Shown: piece by piece, positions 37,820 to 51,024 of the stretch
Layout of the letters: each line of letters begins with the position of its first letter
How positions within the stretch are numbered: position 1 is the first letter of the stretch
Assembly: GCF_001194135.2 (NCBI RefSeq)
Contig: NC_069003.1
Span: 18,865,148 to 18,929,147, forward strand
Length of the DNA: 64,000 nucleotides
From: Octopus bimaculoides
Taxonomy: Eukaryota
Direction of reading: 5' to 3'
Made by a program: the position numbers and the translations under genes
The notes under the pieces: generated by a model
Told to the model about the DNA's origin: nothing
Databases searched by the model: none
Seen by the model: only the letters and a program-made list of their open reading frames with translations

Positions 37820-40800
37820 GTGAATGAGGCCTAATAGCTGTATATTGTTAAAAGAGCAGCTTAGAATTGCAGTAAATATATGCAATAAATTATATTTTAG
37901 ATTGAAACAAACAGAAATGTTTGTTCTAGAGCTACAGCAGAAAGGAGTTAAGAAATTCAAAGAACTGTAATGGCAGGTTCTAATACCACCCAAAAATCCA
38001 TGAATTATACAAGTAAAGAACAGACAAGTGAATATAATATCTATTAATGGCTAACTGGCAAAGATGACTTCATCAAAATTCATTACCTTCATAGTTTCCT
38101 ACGAAACCTTTTGGCAAACAAATTTCAAGAGAAGTGTCATTGATGATGGTCTTGCATCTACTGCCATGGGGGAGAAGAAAAAAAGGTCTATCATTTGAAA
38201 TTGAATTTCTGCGATTGGTTCCGATGAATTTTAAATATTCTTAATATTACTCTATCCGTTAATGCATGTGTGTGTGCACACACACACATGCATACACACA
38301 ACTGTGTGTATGTATATGTCAAAATGTATTCAACAATAGTCTAAACTGCTTTCACTTTGTTCACACAAGGAAGAATATGGTTTTATATGATAACCACACA
38401 CTAGAAAAATATGGTGTGATGATGATGATGACAATGGGGATGATGATGGCAGTGATGATGAGGACAATGATGATGAGGACAATGTTAGGAGTGATGATGA
38501 TGATTATGACTACAGTGATGGGATGGCAGCAGTTGTCATATTGTGATTGTCATAGTACTGATGGTGCTAGGAACCATCTCAAGACATTGTGTTTGATTTT
38601 TTTTTTCCCCCTTTTTTTTAGCCACTGAGTTAAATAATTGTTGCATGGAGTAGTTCCAACTGAGAACAAAAGGTGACATACACACATATATACTCTCACA
38701 CGCATATACACTGAGTTCTCATAACACAGGAGATGATAATATCTTGATAATAATAATAGAACCTATACATCTGCCATTGGTTTATTCACTGAAATAAACA
38801 TCACATTTATTCTTTTGTTTTGGCAAAATTCTGAAATTTTAGAAACTAACAGACTTTGTCTGAAATATTAGTATTCTCGTCTCCCTACAACACACCAAAA
38901 TTATCCAACTGTACCAACATTACGTAAATGTTTTTATCTCTTTTTGTCCGCTGATGTAGAAAGTTTCTGCTGGTTTCTATGGCTTCTAGTATATTTTAGT
39001 CATTAAATATATCCTATGGCTCTGATTTACTAAATTTGCTTGATATGAATATTATTGTTTATATACATTACTGGCTGCTGTTGTTGTTACTGTTGTTTTA
39101 GCTCTAGGTCAGGCCTGACTCTGATCAAGCAGAACAATAATCAAAGAAGCATTCCAATCATGACCTTGCCATTGTAATATTCAGACAACAATATCAATAT
39201 ATATATAAAATACTGGTCTACACATTATCCAACATGTCCTTCCCTTTCTATGATGGTAAAATAATAATTTGACTGCTATTTCCAGTAGGTCAAGGCAGCT
39301 ATGTAAAGAGTCCCTTGCTAGTTCATAGTGGCTCTTAATGTGTCCAAGATATATATATATAACAGACATATATATATATTGTTTGCATCATAAGAATTTT
39401 AGAAATTTCAGTGAAGTAATTTGTGATATTTTTTAGAAACATCAGTGAAATAATTTGTGATTTTTTTTAACAGTGGAAAATAAACAAAACAAATTATTTC
39501 GTGTTCTCTCAAAGTTTCTAAATTCTTCTGATGTAAACAATATACAATTCTTGCAGTAAAAAAATTTTCTAAAATGGATTGAGAGATTTGAAGGGTTGCT
39601 TTAATCTACTGGCAGAATGTCAGTCATGTTTACTGAAGATGTGGATTCAAGTCACACAGACAGCCTTCAACTTTTTCTAATCAAAAGGGTTTATTTTTAA
39701 AACCCAATATTAGCATGCTATTATTTATAGCTTTATCAACTTCGAGTTCCACTATTAAAAAAAAAGAAAAGAACAAATTCTTATATAAGAAAGTTGTTGA
39801 TAGTGATTTCAAAGTTTTGTCCAGCTAAGCCATTGTTGGACTGCAGTTCAATGATAACTTAGCTGGCCGAAACTTCAAAGTTACTGTCAACAACATCCTT
39901 GTATAAGAATAATAAATTTAATCTCTTCAAAAGTATAGAGTAACCCATCAGATTTAATGTAAAATTGTTTTAAAGTTGTTTTTTAAAATTATAACTGAAC
40001 ATAAAAACAAACATTTGTGTGTGTGTGTGTATTGATGTTTGTTTTTATGTCAAGTTATATATTAAACAAAACTTTAACTTTAAACTGATGGATTACTCAA
40101 TACTTTTTAATTGAGTACATGTTTATTAAACTTCTGCAAGAAAAAGAGTGACATCGGCTGCAAAGTTTCAACTTGCTCGCCTCATTCAAACTGTCTTAAA
40201 AAGGCTAAAATGCCAAAACTTTGAAGTCACTGTCATCAGTCTTCTTCTTATGAAAGTTTAGCAAACATATATATTCACTTAGAACTATGTTGTTATCTCA
40301 TACCCGATGTGGGTTGCTGTAATTCAGGCAAATGCAGCTGAGATAATAGTCTCACAGGAAGGAACAAGCATCAACAGTGCCATTGACCATAGCCTACAAT
40401 GGCGGCACCGTGTCACTGGCCTCTGGTCATCTGTCTTTATCATGTACAAGTTGCTCCACACCTTGCATATTGACCCAATGCCTTGTATAACCGGTCTCTT
40501 GCTTTATTAATCCCACAGGCATGCAATTAACCTCACCGCATGCAGTTAATTAATTAATCTCATATCCCAGTAATCGGTCTCAATTTTTGGGTTTTTTCTT
40601 TCTTCTCTATTTTTTCTTGATTTGTTTGTATGTTATTTATTTATTGGTTTACATTAAGCTACAGTTAACTGGTAAGTGTATAAGTTTACCTGGGTATATT
40701 GCTCTACCTGCAGTTAATGAGGTGAGTATGTGGTTATATGGTTCTTTTTTTTTATATGGAATGGATATTACAGTTACTAAGTGAGTACCAGTGTTATATC

Positions 40801-41995
40801 ATGCGCACAATCACTTTGAAGCGTAAGTACAAGAATAAGTTAACTTTTATATGTATATTAATATATGCATTATATATGTGAATACATGCATTATATATAT
40901 ATATGTATATATATTTGTTATACACACATTAATATATAAATTACATGTATTTTGTTGATATATACATTATATGTCTATATAATATATATATATTAATGTG
41001 TGTGTGAAAGTATATACTGATGTTAATTTTGTTTATTTTATCTTTTTAAAAACTTTTCAATAAATATCAATTACGATGATAGCACAGTGTGAAGATCAGT
41101 CCTTCAGTGGTGATCCAGGAACTCATTAAGGCTTACTATAGTGTGATGAAAACAGGCACCATCATATCTTCAAATACATAAGGACATATACATTTATGCA
41201 TATATAAAGAGCACTGTTAATTCAGAACACCTGAAATGTATAATGTAGTTATTTATTTGAGAACTTTAGCTGTGGAGATTTCAGATGATGTAGAAGCATC
41301 CTACACTGTTCCTTTCATTGAATAGCAAAAGTAATTGGAAATCATCTTACAGATCTGTTTCCAGGGATAATTATATCTCATCAGAAATGATGAGAGATTA
41401 TACTTTGGTTACCCAGGGAACTTTTTAATCTAAATTACTGTATATAGCAATAATTTAACAGGGTATATAGCAACATAAATATGTGTTAGTAAATTGCAAG
41501 GGAATTCAGCAAATAGCAGACATCATGATGGTTCTGGGAATGATTTCAAACAATCCAAGACGTGTGAGTTGTTTGCTTATTTTTTGTCTGTTAAGCAACT
41601 GAGTTAGGCAATTCTTGCATAAAATAGTTCCAAGTGAGAATGTAAGGTGACACACGTGTGTGCATTTCTTTCTTTCATTCTCTGACCCATTCCTTCATAC
41701 ATTAACCTTTAATCTACCAGTTTAAAACTTCCTCTCTCTCTCCCTCTCTCTTTACAGTAGACCCATTCAGTCAAAGGGGATCTTAGTCTTGTAAACTACA
41801 TGACAACCTGTCTAATGCTGGTGCCATGAAAAAGAGCACCTTCTATGCTCTGTAAAGTGGTTGGTGTTAGGACAGGCCTTCAGCCATAAAAACAATACCA
41901 AAGCAAATATTAGAATACAACACAGTTGTCTGACCTGTTGATGCATGTCAGACCATCCAACCTATGACAGCCTGGAACACTGACATTAAAAGATG

Positions 41996-42118
41996 AAGAC
42001 GAGTACTTGAGGCTGATTTCTTCAACTAAGAAACCTTTTAAGGTGGTACCCCAGTCATGCTGGGGTACCACCTTAAAAGGTTTCTTAGTTGAAGAAATCA
42101 GCCTCAAGTACTCGTCTT
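41996..42118. repeat. Perfect inverted repeat: 59-bp arms with a 5-nt loop, derived from a SINE tail
   Basis: 41996-42054 is the exact reverse complement of 42060-42118. Confidence 0.95.
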
Positions 42119-42367
42119 ATCGGTCTCTCTTGCCAAACCGCTAAAACAAACCAACATTGGTTGTCAAGTGATAGTGGGGTGGGGAGATAAACACACACAC
42201 ACATACACAATGGGCTGCTTTCAGTTTCCATCTACCAAATCCACTCACAAGACTTGGCTCAGCCTAAGGCTATAGTAGAAGACATGCCCAAGATGCCATA
42301 CAGTGGGACTGAACCACGAACCATGTGGTTAGGATGCAAGCTTCTTACCACATAGCCACGCCTGCGG

Positions 42368-42415
<48 letters not shown>

Positions 42416-43999
42416 TTTATCTTTTGACAGCGGCCATACTGGAACACTTCCTTGGAGGGTTTTTAGTCGAACAAATAGACCCCAGGACTGGTTTTTAAGC
42501 CTAGTACTTAATCTATTGGTGTATTTTGCTGAACTGTTAAGTTACAGGGACATAAACACATAGGTTGTGAAGTGGTCGTGGGGAACAAACAGAGACGCAT
42601 GCACACACATATATGATGTGCTTCTTTCAGTTTCTGTCTATGAAATCCACTCACAAGGCTTTGGTTGGCCTGAAGCTATAGTAGAAGACACTTGCTCAAG
42701 ATGCAGTGCAGTGGGACTGAACTCAGAACCATGTAGTTGGGAAGCAAGCTTCCTACCTCATCGCCACGCCTGTGCCTACACACACAAGAAGGAGGGAGAG
42801 AGAGAGAGAAAGAGAGAGGGATGCATATTTGTGTACAGCACACACAAGGCCAAATATGGCATTATATTGCACACCATCTACAAAAACTTGGCACAGATAG
42901 ATTGGAGATTTTGAACATCTATGATCAAGTGTGGGAACAGGTTGTGTGTGTGTGTGAGAATTTGTAAGCAAAAATGGATTTTCCAGTCTGTGAAATACAT
43001 CTGTCCCATCTCATGTCAAACAACCTGACACGGTCAAGGTAACTACAGGTAGCATGCTGAACTGTAGGATTTTGAGAGCTCCACTTTGTTGATGTAACAA
43101 AACCCATATTGTAGTTTGCTACTTGGGTTATGTTGAAAACTAATTAGCAAAGGACAAAGATTGACACACGTATGGCTGGATGGTTAAGAAGTTTGCTTCA
43201 CAGCTTTCTAGGTGCCTTGAGTAGTTTTCTATTCTAGCATCAGGTTGACCAATATCTTGTAAGTGAAAACTAGGTAGGCTGAAGAGGAGGAGATTTGAGA
43301 TTGACTGACTGTCAAAGCTCCTGCATGTCAACGAGACACTGTCTGTGCTGAGGTGGCCTGCCCAACCCATGCAGGAACAGAAAAGAGGTCATAGGATAGT
43401 AATGAGATCAGTATGCATGTTAGTTTATAGTTTGTGAGTTGTAATTAAGTGTGTGGAAGGGACATAACTCTGGTAAAACTTAAACCAGTCGTATAAATAA
43501 GATTTGATGAAATGAATATCTTGACGGCAATGCCCCAGCCTGATCATAGTCCAGTGACTGAAAACCAAGGAAAGAATGTAATATTTGCAATGAATATTAG
43601 TTCCATAGATAATAGTTCACTATGGTAATAAAATTATAATAAATACAGAAGTTATGTGAGTTAAGCACATCCTCATGTCCTGAATGTTAATTTTACCTTG
43701 AATAATTGAAGTTGCTGCAAGAAAGAGGTGGGGGAAAGTTATTTTCAGAGAAAAAAAATTAAAATGTTTTCAGAAAGTATTTTCATCTTTCTGCTAATGA
43801 GCGGTGCTAGCTGAAACTTTAGACATCTTCCTTGTTAATAACAGCCAAAATAAATAATTCCAGTTTCTGAACAAATTTCATGTTTACAATTTGCTAGTGC
43901 AGTCACATAACTTTCACTTCAATACTCTTAATATTACTCTATCCGTTAATGCATGCGTGCGTGCACACACACACATGCATACACATAGTTGTGTGTGTG

Positions 44000-44039
<40 letters not shown>

Positions 44040-45501
44040 TATATGTATATATGAATGTGTGGGTGTTTATATGTTTATGTATCCATATACATATGCATGT
44101 ATTTACATATATACATGTATATTTACTTATGTAAGAATGTGCACATTGCATTACTAATTGGATGTTCCCCCTTCCTCTCTCTCATATCTACACCATGCCT
44201 CTTCTCTTCTCCCCCCCCCACACACATTAATCCCTTAAGAGTGGGTGGTGTAGCTTTATACCTTTGTTACAATAAACTAAACTTAGCTAAATTTATCTCG
44301 GTTATTATTGTTGTGCCTCAGGTTGGTCCTAATTTGGTAGGCCTTTGATCAAAGACAAAAGTAGTCCATCTTTTTGGGTTTTTCCAGACAGTACATCTAA
44401 AACTGCTATATATGTGTGTTTTCTTTTTTTTTTAAGGGAGATTTATCTGCTACTTCAAGGGAGATTTATCTGCTACTTCTAGCAGGATGGGTAACCAAAT
44501 AGTGGTTCCTTCTCATAATGCTTCCTCGCATATAAATAGAATTGTAGCTAGACTTTGTCATTTTTTTCACTCAAACACACACACACACATACATGCACTC
44601 TTTCACAGTCTCACACAAACATGCATCCACACACCCTCAGTGACATACATTATTTCCCATTCATTAATATTAAGATATTTCAGTATTCTTGTCTTTTATA
44701 TAATAACTAAGCTGTAATATAAATCATTAACGGAGTTCACCTTCTGGTTTCTCACCCCACTTACTCATTGACTCCCCCTTCTCTCTCACTGGCAAAACTA
44801 ACAGGTCAACTTGCCAAAGGACAGCCATTTACACCTCTGTCCTGTTTTATTTGTTTGAGCTTAATATTTTCATACACACACTCACACAACAGATGGCCTT
44901 CTCTATTTCTTTGAACTGGTCTTTTAAAGCCAATTCGCTCACTTCTGTTCTCTCACCACAATTAAGATTACTCCCTGAAAAATGTGTGTGTGTGTATGTG
45001 TAAACATGCACCAGTGCTGGTGCCACATAAAAGGAATCCAGGCCACTCTGTAAAGTGGTTGACATCAGGAAGGGCAGCTGTAAGAACCATGTCAAAACAC
45101 TCAGTGGAGTTTGATGCAATCCTCTGGTTTGCCNNNNNNNNNNNNNNNNNNNNNNNNNNNNNNNNNNNNNNNNNNNNNNNNNNNNNNNNNNNNNNNNNNN
45201 NNNNNNNNNNNNNNNNNNNNNNNNNNNNNNNNNNNNNNNNNNNNNNNNNNNNNNNNNNNNNNNNNNNNNNNNNNNNNNNNNNNNNNNNNNNNNNNNNNNN
45301 NNNNNNNNNNNNNNNNNNNNNNNNNNNNNNNNNNNNNNNNNNNNNNNNNNNNNNNNNNNNNNNNNNNNNNNNNNNNNNNNNNNNNNNNNNNNNNNNNNNN
45401 NNNNNNNNNNNNNNNNNNNNNNNNNNNNNNNNNNNNNNNNNNNNNNNNNNNNNNNNNNNNNNNNNNNNNNNNNNNNNNNNNNNNNNNNNNNNNNNNNNNN
45501 N

Positions 45502-45540
<39 letters not shown>

Positions 45541-48495
45541 TATGTGTGTGTGTGTATGTGTAAACATGCACCAGTGCTGGTGCCACATAAAAGGAATCCA
45601 GGCCACTCTGTAAAGTGGTTGACATCAGGAAGGGCAGCTGTAAGAACCATGTCAAAACACTCAGTGGAGTTTGATGCAATCCTCTGGTTTGCCAGCTCCT
45701 GTCAAACCACCCAGTCCCTACCAGCATGGAAGACAGATGTTAAATGATAATATGCACGATATATGTGTATTCGTGCTTGGCAAACCTTTCAATAATGGTA
45801 AGCTACTTGTCCTTCACTAGAAATTAACCAAAGTCACATAACTACAAGCATATTTTTTGTGTTTTTTTTAAATTTTTAATCAAATATTATACAGCTGAGA
45901 CAGGTATGAGTATCACACATTCTTGTTTCGTATGAGTATCACACATTCTTGTTTCTTGCCCATAAAATATTGTGAGCCTCTGCCTTGCCGTTAATCATAG
46001 GTCCTGTTCTACCAGATTTGATCTTGGGTTAAATAACAACTGCATGAACGAATACATGTTTATTCATGATCTTCACTTCCCTATTCCAACTAGGCCTTGG
46101 TAATTTTATCAATAAGGTGTGCAGGTAGGAAGGTATTGTTAACTATCCTTATGTATCACACACACACACACACACACACAAATACATAGACACATATGTC
46201 CATACATCAACTGACAACTGAAGTCTCTCTCACTCTCCCTCACCCCTCTCTCTTTTTGCCTCCCATCCCCTCTTCTGTAGTTTCTTCCTTGTGTTGTCTT
46301 TGGATGACCTGGAAAAAAGAGAATAAATTTTCTCCCCCCCCTCTCTCTCTCATGCACTCACACACATACACACACCCTCTCCTCATACTTAGCTCTTTAC
46401 TTTTATAAGAAGTAACAGTATTCTGACCTGCTCTCTCTACTCCTGGTGCTTTCTCCAGCATATAGTTGTTGGTATATATATATATATATATATATATTAT
46501 TATTATTATTATTATTATTATCATTTAAAATAGTTAGATTTGACTCCATACAACTTAGTTTCGCAGGCCCCTGTTATATAATCATAAGATTTGTTAGTGC
46601 TATTAGATACAAAATTTATATATGTAGTCAGTTGCATAGCTGTGTGATGATGTGGTTTCAGGTTCAATCCTGTCCCACAGCACCTTAGGCAAGTAAGTGT
46701 CTACTGCTGTAGCTCTAGGCTAGCTATTGCCTTGTGAGTGATTCTAGTGGATGGAAACTGTGTGGATGCTTGTAGTGTGTCTTTTGTGTTTGTAGTCTCA
46801 CCACCACTTGACAACTGCTGTTGGTTTCTCATTTATCTGTTACTTGTTTCATTCATTAAACTGTGACCATGCTGGAATATTGCCTTCAAGAATTTAGTTG
46901 AATGAAGCAAATCCAGTACTTTTATTCTTTTTTTAAAGCCTGGTACTTATTTTATTGGACTCTTTTGCTGAACTGCTCAGTTACAGGGATGCAGACACAC
47001 CAGCAATGATTGTCAAGCAGTTCTAGTGGTGGTGGTGGGGGGGATAAACACAGACACTAAGACACACACATGTAGATATTTCGATATACATACATGGTGG
47101 GCTTCTTTCAGCTTCTGTCTACGAAATCTACTCACAAGGCTTTAGTTGACCTGAAGCTATAGTAAAAGACAGTTGCCCAAGGTGCCACACACTGGGACTG
47201 AACCCAGAACTATGAAGTTGGGTGTTTCTTACCACACAGCTGTGCCTGTATATGTTCAATACATGACTAAGCTAACTTCACCAAAGTCACAATAACAATA
47301 CAAACTAAAACATTGATAGGGATTAACTAGTTTGAAAACATAAAAGATGGGTTTTTAAGAATTAACATAAAATATGATAACAAAGGTTGGGTGTGCGGCA
47401 TAAGGTTTATGTTGTTAATTGTAAGGTCTGTGGGTGAACAAAATTGGTAGGGCATTGAACAAGAATAATGCTTTGTAGTATTTATTGGTTCCTCTTGAAG
47501 TTCCAAGTATGAATCCCACTGAGATTGACTTCATCTGATCATTTCAATACTGAAGAAGTAAAGCAGTTGTTAACAACTGAGGTCAATGTGATCAATTTAT
47601 TAACATACACACTTGAAACATTAAAATATTGGTGTGTGTATAACATTAACATCCATACAAATATTGAATAGCTCTAACTGTAGTAATTGAAACACGGGAC
47701 TTGGCTCAGAAAGCTAATGGATTACCAGACTCCTCAGTGACAAATACTTTGAACATTGAGCTAACCCTAAAATATTCGTTCCTATATAAAAATAGGTAAA
47801 CAAAACCATTTACTGATCTGTGTGAAAGTTTTATATGTATATATATATATATATATNNNNNNNNNNNNNNNNNNNNNNNNNNNNNNNNNNNNNNNNNNNN
47901 NNNNNNNNNNNNNNNNNNNNNNNNNNNNNNNNNNNNNNNNNNNNNNNNNNNNNNNNNNNNNNNNNNNNNNNNNNNNNNNNNNNNNNNNNNNNNNNNNNNN
48001 NNNNNNNNNNNNNNNNNNNNNNNNNNNNNNNNNNNNNNNNNNNNNNNNNNNNNNNNNNNNNNNNNNNNNNNNNNNNNNNNNNNNNNNNNNNNNNNNNNNN
48101 NNNNNNNNNNNNNNNNNNNNNNNNNNNNNNNNNNNNNNNNNNNNNNNNNNNNNNNNNNNNNNNNNNNNNNNNNNNNNNNNNNNNNNNNNNNNNNNNNNNN
48201 NNNNNNNNNNNNNNNNNNNNNNNNNNNNNNNNNNNNNNNNNNNNNNNNNNNNNNNNNNNNNNNNNNNNNNNNNNNNNNNNNNNNNNNNNNNNNNNNNNNN
48301 NNNNNNNNNNNNNNNNNNNNNNNNNNNNNNNNNNNNNNNNNNNNNNNNNNNNNNNNNNNNNNNNNNNNNNNNNNNNNNNNNNNNNNNNNNNNNNNNNNNN
48401 NNNNNNNNNNNNNNNNNNNNNNNNNNNNNNNNNNNNNNNNNNNNNNNNNNNNNNNNNNNNNNNNNNNNNNNNNNNNNNNNNNNNNNNNNNNNNNN

Positions 48496-48546
<51 letters not shown>

Positions 48547-49798
48547 CATATGCATATATTTACACACACATGAATATATGTACATACATACACCATACAC
48601 TCGCATACATAAACATACATATAGTCATGCATTGTAAACACGTGGACAGGTACAGTTACATATATATAAAGAGAGAAATACAACCTAACACACATATACA
48701 CATGCATATGGAGGAGGAAGAGAGGGAGAGAGTTCACTGAATTATTATTATTATTATTTCACACTGCTGAATCTTGAAAATGAATATTTGGCACGGTGGT
48801 TACATCTTAGTATTTTCTCAATATGCTTGTTTAACCTTGTTTTCATTATTTAACAGGATGCACAAGGCTTCATCAAAGCACAGGTCACATACACCAGATA
48901 GTGTATTATATGGTTGTGCATTTTTTATTATTGACCATTCTATTTCGTAACTTATTTTTCCTTCCTTTAATCTTCATATTAGGTTCACTGGTGATGTTGC
49001 GTGTCGCCAGCTTATCTTTTGAAATGAGGAGACATGGTTGTAATAACAAACCTTAAATTGGTTTGCAGAGGCTCCTATGTATGCATATTTGTGTTGTGGT
49101 GATTGTGCATTTGTATATGATGTTATTTTGCACATGCATTGGTTCCTGAGCAGACATGCAGATTTCCTACAATAGTATATGTATGTGTGTGTGTAATATG
49201 TATGCATAGATCTGTGTGTATGTGTCCAAGTGTTAAATCTTAAAGGCCAGCTAAGAACAATCACATGTGTAACCAACCATGAAGAACAAATCAGCAGTAC
49301 AAAGAAATAAAATACTAATCCCTTTAAAACGGCAACCTTTTTAACAGGACCAGAATCACCATCTCACTACATCTACACATTCAAAGCAGTCTGCCAACAG
49401 TCCTTCAGCAAAAAAAAAAAACACCCTGATAAGCTAAGTAACTACTACTAAATTCAGGCAATGATAAGACAGATAGGGTGTTCTTGAAGCCAAGGATTTT
49501 AAACTTACAGAGACAATATTTACATATCGCCTGAGGAAACACAATTCTCATAATGCAGGGGAACAGTTGCATAATCAACTACCTGAAGAACGACAGTGAG
49601 TTGAAACAATTGTAGTGATTAAAAAATAAATGTCCAACTGTACCCCTTCTTGTTGACTTTAATTTTTTCAATTACCTATTCACATACGGCAGATGCCCAA
49701 ACACAAACTTGAAAGTATGTATAATACTACTACTGCATAGCACAGGGTAAATCTGAAGGTGGATGAGCTCTATACTGTACTCTACTGTGTTCTTCACA

Positions 49799-49840
<42 letters not shown>

Positions 49841-50181
49841 TAAATAAAAGATGGAAGGTGGAATATACAAGAATTTATTATTAATCACAATTGTTTCAAC
49901 ACATCTAGTATCGATCCCTTATGGGTGGGACACTCAACAACTGGTTCAGGAGCATCTGGTGGTGCAGATGTATCTCATTGGGTGATAATAGACACAACTT
50001 GTTAAAATAACAGTTCTGCAACTGACTGTAGAAGATCAAATCAAGTTGAAATACTGCATCTGGTGATCCATTAGTGTTTTAAGCAAATTCCTGCATGTTT
50101 TGACATTTAAGTCTCTTTGAGAGGTTCCTTTGAGACAAAAAATAACAGCTAGTGTCGTTCTATATTTGTATACACATTATA

Positions 50182-50381
50182 CAGGGGTGGGCAAAAGTAG
50201 ATATACAGTGGAATGTTATTTTCATTTCTTAGTTTCTTTTTTAAACCTGAGTGGTTCATAAGTCAACTAAGGAATCTGCAAGAGATACCTAATTCATTGG
50301 AAACCCTAGTTTTTGATTTCTAGGGACTTTGAGTGAATGCTTGAGCCAAGCAACTGTATAACCTACTTTTGCTCACCCCTG
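50182..50381. mobile_element. Tc1/mariner-type MITE (200 bp)
   Basis: TIRs caggggtgggcaaaagtagatatacagt / actgtataacctacttttgctcacccctg, flanked by TA on both sides. Confidence 0.85.
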
Positions 50382-50883
50382 TATACTTGTTGTACACATC
50401 AGAATTATGATCAAGTATTTCTCTTCTCCAAGTTAAAAATCAATATTTATGTAATTTGAAAAAAAAAAAAATCTTATTAGAGAATGAGTAAATGACTAAA
50501 TATATATAAAAAAAAGCAATGTAAAGAAAACTAAATTTATGTCAATGTGAAACAAATGAAAGTTATTTTGAAGCAATATTATAAAACTGTAATGAATGTA
50601 TTTATTATTATATATATTAATTGTATGTAAAGTAATTTTTGGAATTGTTAATCGTATGTAAAGATCATTATATTTTCAGCAAGAGTATCAGCCAATTAAT
50701 GCTAACACCTGCTTCAATATCAATTAACTTATTTAATTTGGCATTGTTGTGACTCTTGCTGAGTGTGTGTATATGTATGTGTCTGTGTTAGCATGTGTGT
50801 GTGTATGTGTGTGTTTGAACAATGTACAATCACACACATACACACATGTATGCACATACATAAATATGTCTCGTAATTTTTAG

Positions 50884-51024
50884 GTCAAGACGTGAAAGGG
50901 TTCAGCTGTGTACCAAACTATTACTTGTGTCCAGGAACCTTGCACTGTATACCAATCGAGAAAATCTGTGACAGGGTCAACGACTGTTTAAATAGTGACC
51001 GAGCGGATGAAGGGACTCACTGTG
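50884..51024 (+). CDS. LRP1: LRP1-like exon: LDL-receptor class A repeat (QDVKGFSCVPNYYLCPGTLHCIPIEKICDRVNDCLNSDRADEGTHC)
   Basis: Acceptor ttttttag, donor gtaagg, 141 nt, phase 1-1; six Cys with LDLa spacing; aligns by eye with human LRP1 CR2 ([37 protein letters not shown], recalled). Confidence 0.9.

Noticed and set aside
38415-38530. CDDDD...DGSDDE acidic frame
   Set aside because: Degenerate (GAT)n microsatellite with no splice signals.
41490-41570. DGSGNDFKQSKT followed by t|gtgagt, a phase-1 donor that would complete a split Cys codon
   Set aside because: There are no upstream cysteines in frame and no convincing acceptor, so it is not an LDLa exon.
44982-45693. 152-bp exact direct repeat (44982-45133 = 45542-45693) around an N gap
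   Set aside because: Identical sequence on both sides of a scaffold gap is the typical signature of unmerged contig overlap; likely an assembly artefact.
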